A stretch of DNA of 64,000 nucleotides from positions 1,792,001-1,856,000 of the forward strand of contig CAWDTA010000002.1 in the NCBI GenBank assembly GCA_963805085.1, given 5' to 3'. Origin of the DNA: an uncultured Veillonellaceae bacterium. GTDB taxonomy: Bacteria > Bacillota > Negativicutes > JARBTT01. The notes below the pieces were generated by a model. It worked only from the letters and a program-made list of their open reading frames with translations. It had not been told where the DNA came from and made no database searches. The position numbers and the translations under genes are program-made. This document shows, piece after piece, positions 31,601-41,990 of this stretch; positions within the stretch are counted from its first letter, which is position 1, and every line of letters starts with the position of its first letter.

Positions 31601-33376
31601 ATGAAAATATCTGCTTGTGTCATTGTAAAAAATGAAGAAGAAAATTTAGCTGTCTGTTTAGAAAGTATGAAAAATATTGTTGATGAGATCATCGTTGTTG
31701 ATACTGGGTCTACGGATCAGACAATAACCATAGCAAAACAGCTGAAAGCAAATGTTTATTCTTATCCTTGGGAAAATGATTTTGCCGCAGCAAAAAACTT
31801 CGCACTAGAAAAGGCAACAGGTGATTGGATTGTTTTTCTTGATGCTGATGAATATTTTACGCCGGAAACCATTGGTAATGTAAAACATGTTATTGCTAAA
31901 CATGCCAAAGAATGTGATGCCTATATATTAAAAATGATTAATATTGATGTCGATAATAATAATAAACCTATAGATGATTTTTTTGCAATGCGCATTTTAA
32001 AAAATTCTAAAGAATTACGTTTTTTTGGCAAAGTCCATGAAGAGCTTCGCTTTTTAAATGGCAAAAGGAAAGCGCTATATCAAGTAGACCCAAAAGAAAT
32101 CGTTCTCTACCATACCGGCTATTCTCAAAAAAGAATGCAGTTAAAATGTCAAAGAAACTTAGAAATTCTCTTAGAAGAGCTACGCGAGAATCCAGGAAAT
32201 ATTAATTTATATCGTTATTTGGCTGATGTTTACAATGGACTGAATGATTATGAAAATGCAGTAAAGTATGCCAAATTGGATATTGAAACTGGTAAAAAAG
32301 AAATATCCTATGCAAGTCGTTCTTATCGAGTTATCAATAGAGCACTTATTAAAATGAAAGCGCCTAAAAATGAGATAGAGCATTATTTAATAAAATCTAT
32401 TGAGGCATTTCCAAATTTACCGGATTTCTATGCAGAATATGCTTTGTTAAAATACAATCATAAAGAATATGATGATGCGTTTACACTACTCACAAAGGCG
32501 ATGCTGCTAAATGAAAAGTATCATGATATGGAAACTAGCTTATTTGAGAATAAGATGCCGACTACTTATTTGCTATTTGGTCTATTACATGAACGTAAAA
32601 ATGATTTTGTAAAAGCAATTGAATATTATGAAAAAACATTAATGCTTGATAAATATTATCCAGAGGCATTCATATCTTTATTTCGGTTACTGCAAAATCA
32701 AGAAGAAGTTTATGTGATAGGATTTTTAAATACGATCTATGATCAGCAAAATCAAAATGATTTAGATTTTCTAGTGAAGCATATTGGTTCAATTCAACAA
32801 GGGAAAGTTTATTATTATTATAGCAAGAGAAAGTTGAAACAAAAAGGTGAGAAAAAAGAAGTGGATAGCTATGAACAATTGAGGCAAAGTGTGTTGTTGG
32901 CACTGTCTTTGATATTAATAGATGACAAAAGTAAGGTAGAGCAGTTAGAAGTAATCTTGCCATTGCCTTATCAGAATATACTGTATCGCTATGAAGAAAT
33001 AACTGATCTAAAGCTAAGTGATGACGATTTTGTCGCATACAAAAATATAGTAGTAGAATTGTTACTTACAGATGAAAAGGAAACACTAAGTAAGTATGCA
33101 ACTTTAAGCACAGATTTTAGTAAACAAAAAACTTTAGAAATCGCGCAGCTTTTACAAGAAAAGCAATGTTTTATACAAGCATCATTCTTATATGAATACC
33201 TTTTAAATCATGATACGGATGAAAATGTAGCCGATCTTTATTTTCAATTAGGTTTTTGTGCCTATCAATTAGGAGATTATACACGAGTCGTAGAGTGTTT
33301 CGAAAAAGCTTTGAAGTTGGGGTATAAAGAGAATGATGTAAAAGAATTTTTAACTTGGAGTGTAGAAAAATTATGA
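31601..33376 (+). CDS. GT2 + TPR glycosyltransferase (putative flagellin O-glycosyltransferase)
   Basis: ISACVIVKNEE, VDTGSTD, FLDADE, VHE, HTGY, then TPR repeats; first gene after fliC. Confidence 0.9.
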   Translation: MKISACVIVKNEEENLAVCLESMKNIVDEIIVVDTGSTDQTITIAKQLKANVYSYPWENDFAAAKNFALEKATGDWIVFLDADEYFTPETIGNVKHVIAKHAKECDAYILKMINIDVDNNNKPIDDFFAMRILKNSKELRFFGKVHEELRFLNGKRKALYQVDPKEIVLYHTGYSQKRMQLKCQRNLEILLEELRENPGNINLYRYLADVYNGLNDYENAVKYAKLDIETGKKEISYASRSYRVINRALIKMKAPKNEIEHYLIKSIEAFPNLPDFYAEYALLKYNHKEYDDAFTLLTKAMLLNEKYHDMETSLFENKMPTTYLLFGLLHERKNDFVKAIEYYEKTLMLDKYYPEAFISLFRLLQNQEEVYVIGFLNTIYDQQNQNDLDFLVKHIGSIQQGKVYYYYSKRKLKQKGEKKEVDSYEQLRQSVLLALSLILIDDKSKVEQLEVILPLPYQNILYRYEEITDLKLSDDDFVAYKNIVVELLLTDEKETLSKYATLSTDFSKQKTLEIAQLLQEKQCFIQASFLYEYLLNHDTDENVADLYFQLGFCAYQLGDYTRVVECFEKALKLGYKENDVKEFLTWSVEKL

Positions 33377-36300
33377 GAATTTCTGCTTGTGTCATCGCCA
33401 AAAATGAAGAAAATAACATTGTGAAATGTTTAAATAGCATGAAACCAATTGTCGATGAAATCATTGTTGTTGATACTGGATCAACTGATCAGACCGTTGT
33501 GTTAGCAAAAGATTGTGGGGCACTGGTGTACTCTTTCGAGTGGCAAGATGATTTTTCTGTTGCAAAGAATTTTGCCATTGAAAAGGCAAAAGGAGATTGG
33601 ATTATTTTTCTTGATGTCGATGAATATGTCAGTGAAGAATGTATTTCACAAATAAAGGATTGTTTGTTAAAGATAGAAAAGCAAGCGATTGACGCTATAA
33701 TGTGTCAATTAGTCAATATTGATATCGACAATGATAATAGAGTGAAAGATACGTTCTCGGCGATTCGGATTTTTCGCAATGCCCCAGAAATCGGTTATAA
33801 AAATGCGATTCATGAAGAATTGGTAAGTAAAAAAAATAATAAATTACGATTAGCGATATTGACTGATGAAATAAAAATTTTTCATACAGGCTATTCATCT
33901 AGCATTGTTGAAGGAAAATTAAAAAGAAATTTAGAAATTATTTTAGCTGATATCAATAAAAATGGCAAAGAAGAAAGATATTATCGCTACTTGTGTGATT
34001 GCTATCATGGCTTAAAGGAATACGAGCAAGCTGTAAAATATGCGAAGCTACATCTCGCATCGAATCAGACCTCTGTACATAGTGAAAGTATCGTTTATTT
34101 AAAAATGCTATATGCCATGACGCAAACTAATACACCGATAGACCTAATCCAAAAAGAATTTGAAAATACCATGAAAATTTTCCCTCAGATGCCAGATTTT
34201 TATGCGCAATATGCTAATTTTCTATTTGATCAAAAATTGTATACGATGGCAATTACGTATTACTTGAAATCGATTGAGGTCTATAAAAAAAATACGGATA
34301 CACAAATGGCAAGTTCCTTTGCTGGCAAATTATCAGCGATATATTGCAATTTGGGAAGGCTGTTTTCACTGAAAAATGATTCTGAATCAGCAATGAATTA
34401 TTTTTGTGAAGCATTAATCGCAGATAAATGGAATGTCTATGCGTTTCAAAATTTTTATAAGATTATGTCTAAGTATCCAGAAGTAAAAATTATCGAATTG
34501 CTAAATTCTATTTATCCTAGAAAAAAAGAAGATATTGCTTTTGTGGTAGAAAATCTATGCAAGACCGTATTAAACAAAGTATATGTTTATTATACAAATA
34601 TTTTACAAAAAGAATTTGGCATAGAGGACGATAGAATCGTACCATATCAATTGCTGAGTTTGAAAAAATATGAGGAATTATATCAATATAGTTTAAATAA
34701 TTTATGTGAAGTATCAATAGATACAAATAGCTTAGAAACAAATTTTATCAACAATACAGGAAAAACTAGCATTGTAATTTTGACTTATAACCAATTAGAC
34801 TATACAAAGTTATGTATTGAAAGTATACGTAAGTATACTGAGCCAGAAACCTATGAGCTTATCGTTGTAGATAATCATTCAACGGATGAGACGGTAAAAT
34901 GGCTAAAAACACAAATAGATATCAAATGCATTTTTAATGAGCAAAATAATGGTTTCCCGAAAGGGTGCAATCAGGGAATTGAAATTGCAAACGGTTCAGA
35001 AATTTTGTTGCTGAACAATGATACAATTGCTACTACCAACTGGTTGCTTAATTTAAAAACAGCTTTATATAGTGCTGAGAATATTGGTGCAGTAGGCCCA
35101 ATAACAAATAATTGTTCAAATTATCAAGCAATCAAAGTGGATTACAAAGATACCAATGAATTACAAGTATTTGCGCAAGGACATAATAATTCAGCTTCAG
35201 AAAAATGGGAAGAAAAAATTAAATTAGTTGGTTTTTGTATGTTAATTAAGCGTTCTATTGTTGAGAAACTTGGTGTTTTAGATGAATTGTTCACACCAGG
35301 AAATTTCGAAGATGATGATTATTCTTTTAGAATGATTCGTGCGGGGTATCGTTTATTATTATGTCATGATACCTTTATTCACCATTTTGGCAGTGTATCA
35401 TTTAAAGAAAAGCCGCAAAATTATCATGAACTTCTAAATAAAAATGCACTTAAATTTAAAGAAAAATGGGGCTTTGATGCACGATATTCTACTTTTTGTC
35501 GTAATGAAATTATTGATTTAATGGATATCAATAAACCCAATATGAAAGTGCTAGAGGTTGGTTGTGCATGTGGGACAACTTTGCTAAAGATTAAACATTT
35601 AAACAAAACGGCAGAGATTTATGGAATTGAACTTTGTCCAGAACCAGCGGCAATAGCAAAACAATTTGCAACAGTTACAGCCGAAAATATTGAACATGCT
35701 GATCTAGTATATGAAGAAGGATTCTTTGATTATATTATTTTTGCTGATGTATTAGAGCATCTATATGAACCACTTACTATTTTACAAAAAATACAAAAAT
35801 ATTTAAAACCAGATGGCTATGTTTTAGCAAGTGTTCCAAATGTTATGCATTATAGCGTTGTGAAAGATTTATTAGCAGGAAATTGGACCTATGAAGATGC
35901 TGGTATTTTAGATAGAACGCATATTAGATTTTTTACATTAAAAGAAATTGATAAAATGTTTCGTACTGGTGGATTTTCTGAATTAACCTATAATGGCGTA
36001 CATCATATTACGAATCATGACGAAAATCCAGAACAATTTATTAAAAATTTAAAATCATTAAATCTAGTACAAGACGAGGAACAATTAAAAGTTTATCAGT
36101 ATTTGGTGAAAGCTGGAAGAACGCAAAAGCTTGCGACTGAAATAATGATTAAAGAAGAAATTGCTAATGATGAACTTGATCTACAACAGCTGAAGTTTGT
36201 ACTCAGACGAATTGAAAATGATATTGATCTAAAGAAAAATATCTATGACTTGGTAGCCGCCATCAAACAAAAACAATATGATTATGAACAGATTTTAGAA

Positions 36301-36567
36301 TCAATAGAAATAAATATTTTCAAAAAATCAAAGGTTATTGCACATTTAATGACAGCCATATATGAAGAAGGCAATAAAGCTGATACATTAAAATTCGCAG
36401 AGTCTGCTTATCAAAAATATTTGAATGATGTAGCCGTTGTATATATAGTGGCCTCTATTTTATATGTATTAAAAGAAAAAGAGAAAGCTCTACTAATATT
36501 GAGGAAATTTCCAGAAAAAGATCAAAATATTATAGCATTAACAAGAAAAATATGTGGTGGTAAATAA
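33373..36567 (+). CDS. Multidomain GT2-TPR-GT2-SAM methyltransferase
   Basis: GT2 (LDVDE), TPRs, second GT2 (SIVILTYN, LLNND, FEDDD), class I MTase (LEVGCACG, ADVLEH, LDRTHIRFF). Confidence 0.9.
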   Translation: MRISACVIAKNEENNIVKCLNSMKPIVDEIIVVDTGSTDQTVVLAKDCGALVYSFEWQDDFSVAKNFAIEKAKGDWIIFLDVDEYVSEECISQIKDCLLKIEKQAIDAIMCQLVNIDIDNDNRVKDTFSAIRIFRNAPEIGYKNAIHEELVSKKNNKLRLAILTDEIKIFHTGYSSSIVEGKLKRNLEIILADINKNGKEERYYRYLCDCYHGLKEYEQAVKYAKLHLASNQTSVHSESIVYLKMLYAMTQTNTPIDLIQKEFENTMKIFPQMPDFYAQYANFLFDQKLYTMAITYYLKSIEVYKKNTDTQMASSFAGKLSAIYCNLGRLFSLKNDSESAMNYFCEALIADKWNVYAFQNFYKIMSKYPEVKIIELLNSIYPRKKEDIAFVVENLCKTVLNKVYVYYTNILQKEFGIEDDRIVPYQLLSLKKYEELYQYSLNNLCEVSIDTNSLETNFINNTGKTSIVILTYNQLDYTKLCIESIRKYTEPETYELIVVDNHSTDETVKWLKTQIDIKCIFNEQNNGFPKGCNQGIEIANGSEILLLNNDTIATTNWLLNLKTALYSAENIGAVGPITNNCSNYQAIKVDYKDTNELQVFAQGHNNSASEKWEEKIKLVGFCMLIKRSIVEKLGVLDELFTPGNFEDDDYSFRMIRAGYRLLLCHDTFIHHFGSVSFKEKPQNYHELLNKNALKFKEKWGFDARYSTFCRNEIIDLMDINKPNMKVLEVGCACGTTLLKIKHLNKTAEIYGIELCPEPAAIAKQFATVTAENIEHADLVYEEGFFDYIIFADVLEHLYEPLTILQKIQKYLKPDGYVLASVPNVMHYSVVKDLLAGNWTYEDAGILDRTHIRFFTLKEIDKMFRTGGFSELTYNGVHHITNHDENPEQFIKNLKSLNLVQDEEQLKVYQYLVKAGRTQKLATEIMIKEEIANDELDLQQLKFVLRRIENDIDLKKNIYDLVAAIKQKQYDYEQILESIEINIFKKSKVIAHLMTAIYEEGNKADTLKFAESAYQKYLNDVAVVYIVASILYVLKEKEKALLILRKFPEKDQNIIALTRKICGGK

Positions 36568-38136
36568 ATGGATCATAATAAAATTTGTTTTATTACTTGT
36601 GTGAATAATGAAGAAATGTATCAAGAATCAGTTTTATATATCAAGCACTTGTTAATTCCAAAAGGGTTTAGCATAGAGTTTATTGCAATTCGTGATGCTA
36701 ACTATTTGACCGAAGCCTATAATCAAGCTATGTCAGCCAGCGATGCTAAATATAAGGTATATTTGCATCAAGATCTTTTTATTATTCATAAAAATTTTAT
36801 CCGTGATATTTTAAAAATTTTTAAAAGTAATGCGCAGATTGGTATGATTGGGGTTGCTGGTGCAAAAAAAATTCCACCAGTTGCCTGTTGGTGGAAAGCT
36901 GATAAACAATATGTTTGCGTTTATGATAATACTAAAGGTAAGATGAATAGGGCCAATAGTATAGAGTTTAGAGAAGAGTATGTAAAAGTTGCGGCCATTG
37001 ATGGTTTGCTTATGGTAACGCAATATGATGTCAAATGGCGAGATGATATTTTTACTGGCTGGCATTTTTATGATGTATCGCAAAGTGTGGAATTTACAAA
37101 GCAGGGATACCAAGTTGTTGTTCCGAGATTAGCAGAACCATGGTGTATTCATGATTGTGGTCCTATGGAAATTGACAATGGATATGAGAAATATCGTAAT
37201 ATTTTTTTAGATGAATATTCTACGTATTTATTTCCGTTGGTTAGTATTTTGATTCCTACTTACAATCGTCCCCAATATTTTAAAATTGCTTTTGAAAGTG
37301 CGATAAATCAAACGTATCGTAATCTCGAAGTGATTGTCTGCGATAATAGTACCGATGAAGAGACGGCGAAAATCATGGAGTCCTATTTAAACAATCCAAG
37401 GGTGAGATATTTACGCAATAGAGATGTGAAGACAAAAGAGGGCAATTTTCAAAAGTTTAAAGATATTACAAAGGGTGAGTATATCAATTGGCTCATGGAT
37501 GATGATGTATTTCATGTAGATAAGATTACCTATATGATGCAGATTTATCTGGAGCATGAAGAGGTAAGTCTGGTTACGTCCTATCGTCAGTGGATCGATG
37601 GCGATGGAAATCCAATTGAAAGTTTAACACCATTTAAATGCGAAAAATCGGAAATCTTTGATGGTAGAGAAATTGGTAAAAAGATGCTTTTTCGCATGTC
37701 GAACTTTGTTGGGGAACCTACAACAGTATTGATCAAACGTAATTTGCTTGAGCATCATTATTGGAATGCCGATTGTCGTGGTTATAAAACAATTTCAGAT
37801 GTTGTGATGTGGTTAGAACTATTATCCAAAGGGAAAATGGCGTATATTGTCGAATCTTTAAGTTCGTTTAGAAGACATGCGCAGCAAGAGCAAGCTGGAA
37901 TCAATGTGGTTATTTTAAGTCGAATTGAATGGTATGAAATAGCAAAGGAAGCTTATGAAAATGGTTATTTTATTGAGAATGTGCAGGAATACAAACAATG
38001 TTTATTACAATTTATCAATGATGCGAATTGGTTACATCAATTTCTAAAAAATGCCGAAGATGAAATCGATAAAAAATTACACAATCGATATTTAAAAATG
38101 TTACTTGAAGCAAAAACAACTGCGCAGAAAAATTAA
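36568..38136 (+). CDS. StrF-like GT (Glyco_tranf_2_5) fused to GT2
   Basis: KICFITCVN, YLHQD, IDG, GWHFYD; then VSILIPTYNR, MDDD, NFVGEPT. Confidence 0.88.
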   Translation: MDHNKICFITCVNNEEMYQESVLYIKHLLIPKGFSIEFIAIRDANYLTEAYNQAMSASDAKYKVYLHQDLFIIHKNFIRDILKIFKSNAQIGMIGVAGAKKIPPVACWWKADKQYVCVYDNTKGKMNRANSIEFREEYVKVAAIDGLLMVTQYDVKWRDDIFTGWHFYDVSQSVEFTKQGYQVVVPRLAEPWCIHDCGPMEIDNGYEKYRNIFLDEYSTYLFPLVSILIPTYNRPQYFKIAFESAINQTYRNLEVIVCDNSTDEETAKIMESYLNNPRVRYLRNRDVKTKEGNFQKFKDITKGEYINWLMDDDVFHVDKITYMMQIYLEHEEVSLVTSYRQWIDGDGNPIESLTPFKCEKSEIFDGREIGKKMLFRMSNFVGEPTTVLIKRNLLEHHYWNADCRGYKTISDVVMWLELLSKGKMAYIVESLSSFRRHAQQEQAGINVVILSRIEWYEIAKEAYENGYFIENVQEYKQCLLQFINDANWLHQFLKNAEDEIDKKLHNRYLKMLLEAKTTAQKN

Positions 38137-38183
38137 TGTATATTGCTACTTAGTTAGACTTTATAGGGAATAGGAGGGATGCT

Positions 38184-39206
38184 ATGAATGAGAATAAAAT
38201 TTGCTTTATTACTTGTGTAAATGATGAGGTGGTTTATGAAGAAGCTGTCTATTATATCAATCATTTAACTATTCCAGCGGGATTTGAAATCGAATTGATT
38301 GCAATTCGCGGGGCGAGTTGTTTAACAAAAGCTTATAACGAAGCTATGCGATCTAGCGATGCTAAATATAAGGTGTATTTACATCAAGATGTTTTTATTA
38401 TTCATAAGAATTTTATTGTAGATATCCTTCATATTTTCCAACGAGATAAAACTATCGGGATGATTGGTGTAGCGGGTGCAAAGCGATTACCAGTTTCAGC
38501 ATGTTGGTGGGAAACAAATAGTTTATATATTGGAATTTATGATACTCATCAAGGCTACATAGGGTGTGATCAATTTGGAAATTTTACTGATACTTATGAA
38601 GAGGTAGCAGCAGTTGATGGATTAATCATGATAACGCAATATGATATTCCTTGGCGAGAGGATATATTCGATGGCTGGCATTTTTATGATATTTCACAGA
38701 GTGTAGAATTTATGAAGAATAATTATAAAGTCATTATTCCAAATCAAGTAGAGCCATGGTGCATTCATGATTGTGGAATTACAGCGACAGGTGAAACTTA
38801 TGAAAAGTATCGTAATATATTTTTGGATGAATATTCCACGTATTTATTTCCGTTGGTTAGTATCGTAATTATTATTTCCGAGCATACTGAAGCGTTTTCA
38901 AATCTTTTTAAAAACATAATGAAGCAATCTTATCGTAATATTGAAATTGTCATTTTGGATTTTAGTGATAATAAAGTAATTGAAAAATATATGAAGAATT
39001 ATTTTAATAAAAGAATAAAATATTTTCAAGATGATGTTAGTAAAATAATGCAATGTAAGGGTAATTATATTTATGTTATAAAAGATGATCAGTTATTTGA
39101 TGAGAATAATATAATCCATATAATAATACATAGGTATTTGGATTACAATGAAGCTTTTCCAAAGGAATTTATTACGCAAAGTCAATTGAAAAAAATAGAG
39201 TTTTAA
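38184..39206 (+). CDS. StrF-like GT with degenerate/truncated C-terminal GT2
   Basis: N-domain closely paralogous to 36568; C-terminal GT2 short and lacking the NFVGEP region. Confidence 0.8.
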   Translation: MNENKICFITCVNDEVVYEEAVYYINHLTIPAGFEIELIAIRGASCLTKAYNEAMRSSDAKYKVYLHQDVFIIHKNFIVDILHIFQRDKTIGMIGVAGAKRLPVSACWWETNSLYIGIYDTHQGYIGCDQFGNFTDTYEEVAAVDGLIMITQYDIPWREDIFDGWHFYDISQSVEFMKNNYKVIIPNQVEPWCIHDCGITATGETYEKYRNIFLDEYSTYLFPLVSIVIIISEHTEAFSNLFKNIMKQSYRNIEIVILDFSDNKVIEKYMKNYFNKRIKYFQDDVSKIMQCKGNYIYVIKDDQLFDENNIIHIIIHRYLDYNEAFPKEFITQSQLKKIEF

Positions 39207-39235
39207 TTTTTGTAGGAATAGGGTTGTGAACTGAT

Positions 39236-40816
39236 ATGAATGAAAATGAAATAACATTTATTATATCTGTAAAAAATCAAGAAAATTATCAACAATGCTT
39301 GTCATATTTATCCAGACTTCGTGTTCCTGAAGGAATGGAAGCAAATGTAGTGTCAGTATTGCAAGAAGATGATTTAGGGACTGCGTATAATCAAGGAATG
39401 AAAGAGAGTAATGCAAAATATAAAGTATATTTGGATGAAAATACGTGGATTTTAAATTCGAATTTTATTGATGATATAATTAATATATTTAATGTGAATG
39501 TAATTATTGGGATGATTGGTATAGCTGGGACAGAGATTATACCTACACACGCAATTTGTCCAAAAGCAAAGAATCGTTATGGGATAATAACAGATAGAGA
39601 TAAAAATCAGGATATGGCATGGGAACAACCTGCAGCATTATATAAAAGAGTTGAAGCTTTAGATGACTGGCTACTTGTAACTCAATATGATGTTCCTTGG
39701 CGTGAAAACTTCTTCCATAAGAATGGATTATATGCTTTATCACAAAGTATAGAATTTAAAAGGGCAGGATATATGGTAGCGGTACCATATCAGGAAAAAC
39801 CATGGTGTTCTGGTATCTCCAATTTTGAAGAGGCAGATATAGACCGAGATATATTCCTAGATGAATATTCGGTGGATATATTTCCGTTGGTTAGTATTTT
39901 AATTCCTACTTGTAATCGTCCACATTTTCTTCCTATTGCATTAGAAAGTGCGATAAAACAGACTTATAGAAATATAGAAATTCTTATCGGTGATAATAGC
40001 CAGGATGATCTTACCAAAGAAATTGTAAAAAAGTACTTGGAAAAATATAAAAATATATTTTATGTGAAAAATATAAATGATACAGATAGTGCCTATAAAA
40101 ATTATCATGGACTGTTAAGAGGTAGTAAGGGGGATTATATTAACTACCTGATGGATGATGATATTTTTCATATAGAAAAAATTACTAAAATGATGAATTA
40201 TTTTTTGGAATACCCCAATATAAGTTTGGTAACATCTCATCGGGATGTGATAGATGTAAATGGCAGAGTCTCTCCAGGCTTTTTTCAGCCATTATCAGAG
40301 AGTGATGTTGTTGAAGATGGAAAGTTAGTAGCAAAACATTTAATTCATAAAATGGTAAATTTTGTTGGAGAACCAACTACGGTACTATTGAAAAAGAAAG
40401 ATATTGATTTTGCTTTTGGAACATATGCTGGTCGATCTTTTATGTATATGGGGGATTTAGCGCAATGGATTCAATCTTTAAAATACGGAAATTTTGTTTG
40501 GATTAGGGAAACATTAAGCTATTTTCGAATGCATTCGCAACAAGGGCAAAGAGATAGTTTTTCACAATTATGTATGTATACAGAAAATTTTATTTTGTTG
40601 AAATATGCTAAAAAAGAATATTTTGCAACTGAAGCAGAATATTTACAAACTTTGAAAAACGTTTATTGTTTATTTGAACAACTTAATGAAAAAGTTGATT
40701 TGCAAAACAAAGCAAAATGTGAAGCATCGTTTTACTATAATAGTAAAATATTTAACGATTATAATGAAATTATTAGGCGGGTGCAAAAATTTTTGCGCGA
40801 AAGAAATTTAATATGA
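39236..40816 (+). CDS. Diverged StrF-like GT fused to GT2
   Basis: N-domain motifs altered (YLDEN, LDD, GLYA); intact GT2 (VSILIPTCNR, MDDD, NFVGEPT). Confidence 0.85.
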   Translation: MNENEITFIISVKNQENYQQCLSYLSRLRVPEGMEANVVSVLQEDDLGTAYNQGMKESNAKYKVYLDENTWILNSNFIDDIINIFNVNVIIGMIGIAGTEIIPTHAICPKAKNRYGIITDRDKNQDMAWEQPAALYKRVEALDDWLLVTQYDVPWRENFFHKNGLYALSQSIEFKRAGYMVAVPYQEKPWCSGISNFEEADIDRDIFLDEYSVDIFPLVSILIPTCNRPHFLPIALESAIKQTYRNIEILIGDNSQDDLTKEIVKKYLEKYKNIFYVKNINDTDSAYKNYHGLLRGSKGDYINYLMDDDIFHIEKITKMMNYFLEYPNISLVTSHRDVIDVNGRVSPGFFQPLSESDVVEDGKLVAKHLIHKMVNFVGEPTTVLLKKKDIDFAFGTYAGRSFMYMGDLAQWIQSLKYGNFVWIRETLSYFRMHSQQGQRDSFSQLCMYTENFILLKYAKKEYFATEAEYLQTLKNVYCLFEQLNEKVDLQNKAKCEASFYYNSKIFNDYNEIIRRVQKFLRERNLI

Positions 40817-40870
40817 AGTAATTGTGTGAATATGATTTTGTAAATGTAGTTTATTGAATGGAGTGAGGAT

Positions 40871-41974
40871 ATGATTATAAGAGCAAAAACAATAGAGCTT
40901 TTTAACACAGATATTAAAAATATTCAACGAAGAGAGAATAGTGATGTTAATTTAAAAGAGAGTGAAGATAAAGTTATTGAATGTACATCATATCCACGTA
41001 GGATTGTATTTGAATTAACGAATGCGTGTAATATGAATTGCATTATGTGTGGACGAAACGATACGAAGTTTATACCCACATTTTTTGATATAAATTGGAT
41101 TGATAAATTGGCTGAACCATTACAATATACTGAAGAAGTGACTTTGATGGGATGGGGTGAGCCGACACTTCATCCACAGTTTGTAAAAATTTTAGATAAA
41201 TTGAGTCAATATGATTTAAGAAAATATTTTTGTACAAATGGAATGAAGCTGGCAGAATTGTTACCAGCAATATTTAAATATAAAGTAGACATTATTGCTA
41301 TTAGTCTTGATGGTGCAACTGTAGAGATGAATAATAAAATTCGGCGAGGATCCGATTTTGATTGTATTTGTGCGTCGTTAAAAAAAATTGTTCAATATAA
41401 AAAGCAACATCAACTTTCGTATCCGTATATGAATTTTGTTTTTACAGCGATGAAATCAAATTTAAACCAAATTCCAGAGCTTGTTAAACTAGCAGCAGAA
41501 ATCGGTTTAGACGAAGTGAAGGTTGTATATTTGACTGCTTTTGGAACTGAAATGTTATATGAATCTTTGTATGATTGTCAAGATGAAGTTAAAAATATTT
41601 TTGTTAAGGCAGATGAACTTGGTAAGGCTTTAGGGGTAAAGATAAAGTTGCCTTATCTTCAAGGAGAAGATATTGCTGAAAATAAAATGCATAAAGATTG
41701 TTATGTCAGCTGGAGAGATTTCTTTTTAGGATCAGATGGCTATGTAAGGCCATGTATGTCAACACCAATTAAGTTCTTAAAATTTGAAGAGTTTAAGGAT
41801 TTTAATGCGTTGTGGAATTCTGAAGTATATAGAAATTTCAGACGGACTGTAAATAATGAAAAGCAGATGAATGAATCGTGTAAGATATGTTATCAATCAT
41901 CTTACACCAATTGGAATAAAAAAGAATCTTTCATCCAAATTGGCGAAGTTTTTGCGCCTGAATGGGAAAAATAA
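40871..41974 (+). CDS. Radical SAM enzyme with SPASM/twitch domain
   Basis: CNMNCIMC, GWGEP, TNG, SLDG; C-terminal C...DGYVRPC...CKIC. Confidence 0.9.
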   Translation: MIIRAKTIELFNTDIKNIQRRENSDVNLKESEDKVIECTSYPRRIVFELTNACNMNCIMCGRNDTKFIPTFFDINWIDKLAEPLQYTEEVTLMGWGEPTLHPQFVKILDKLSQYDLRKYFCTNGMKLAELLPAIFKYKVDIIAISLDGATVEMNNKIRRGSDFDCICASLKKIVQYKKQHQLSYPYMNFVFTAMKSNLNQIPELVKLAAEIGLDEVKVVYLTAFGTEMLYESLYDCQDEVKNIFVKADELGKALGVKIKLPYLQGEDIAENKMHKDCYVSWRDFFLGSDGYVRPCMSTPIKFLKFEEFKDFNALWNSEVYRNFRRTVNNEKQMNESCKICYQSSYTNWNKKESFIQIGEVFAPEWEK

Positions 41975-41990
41975 AATGGAGAATATAAAA

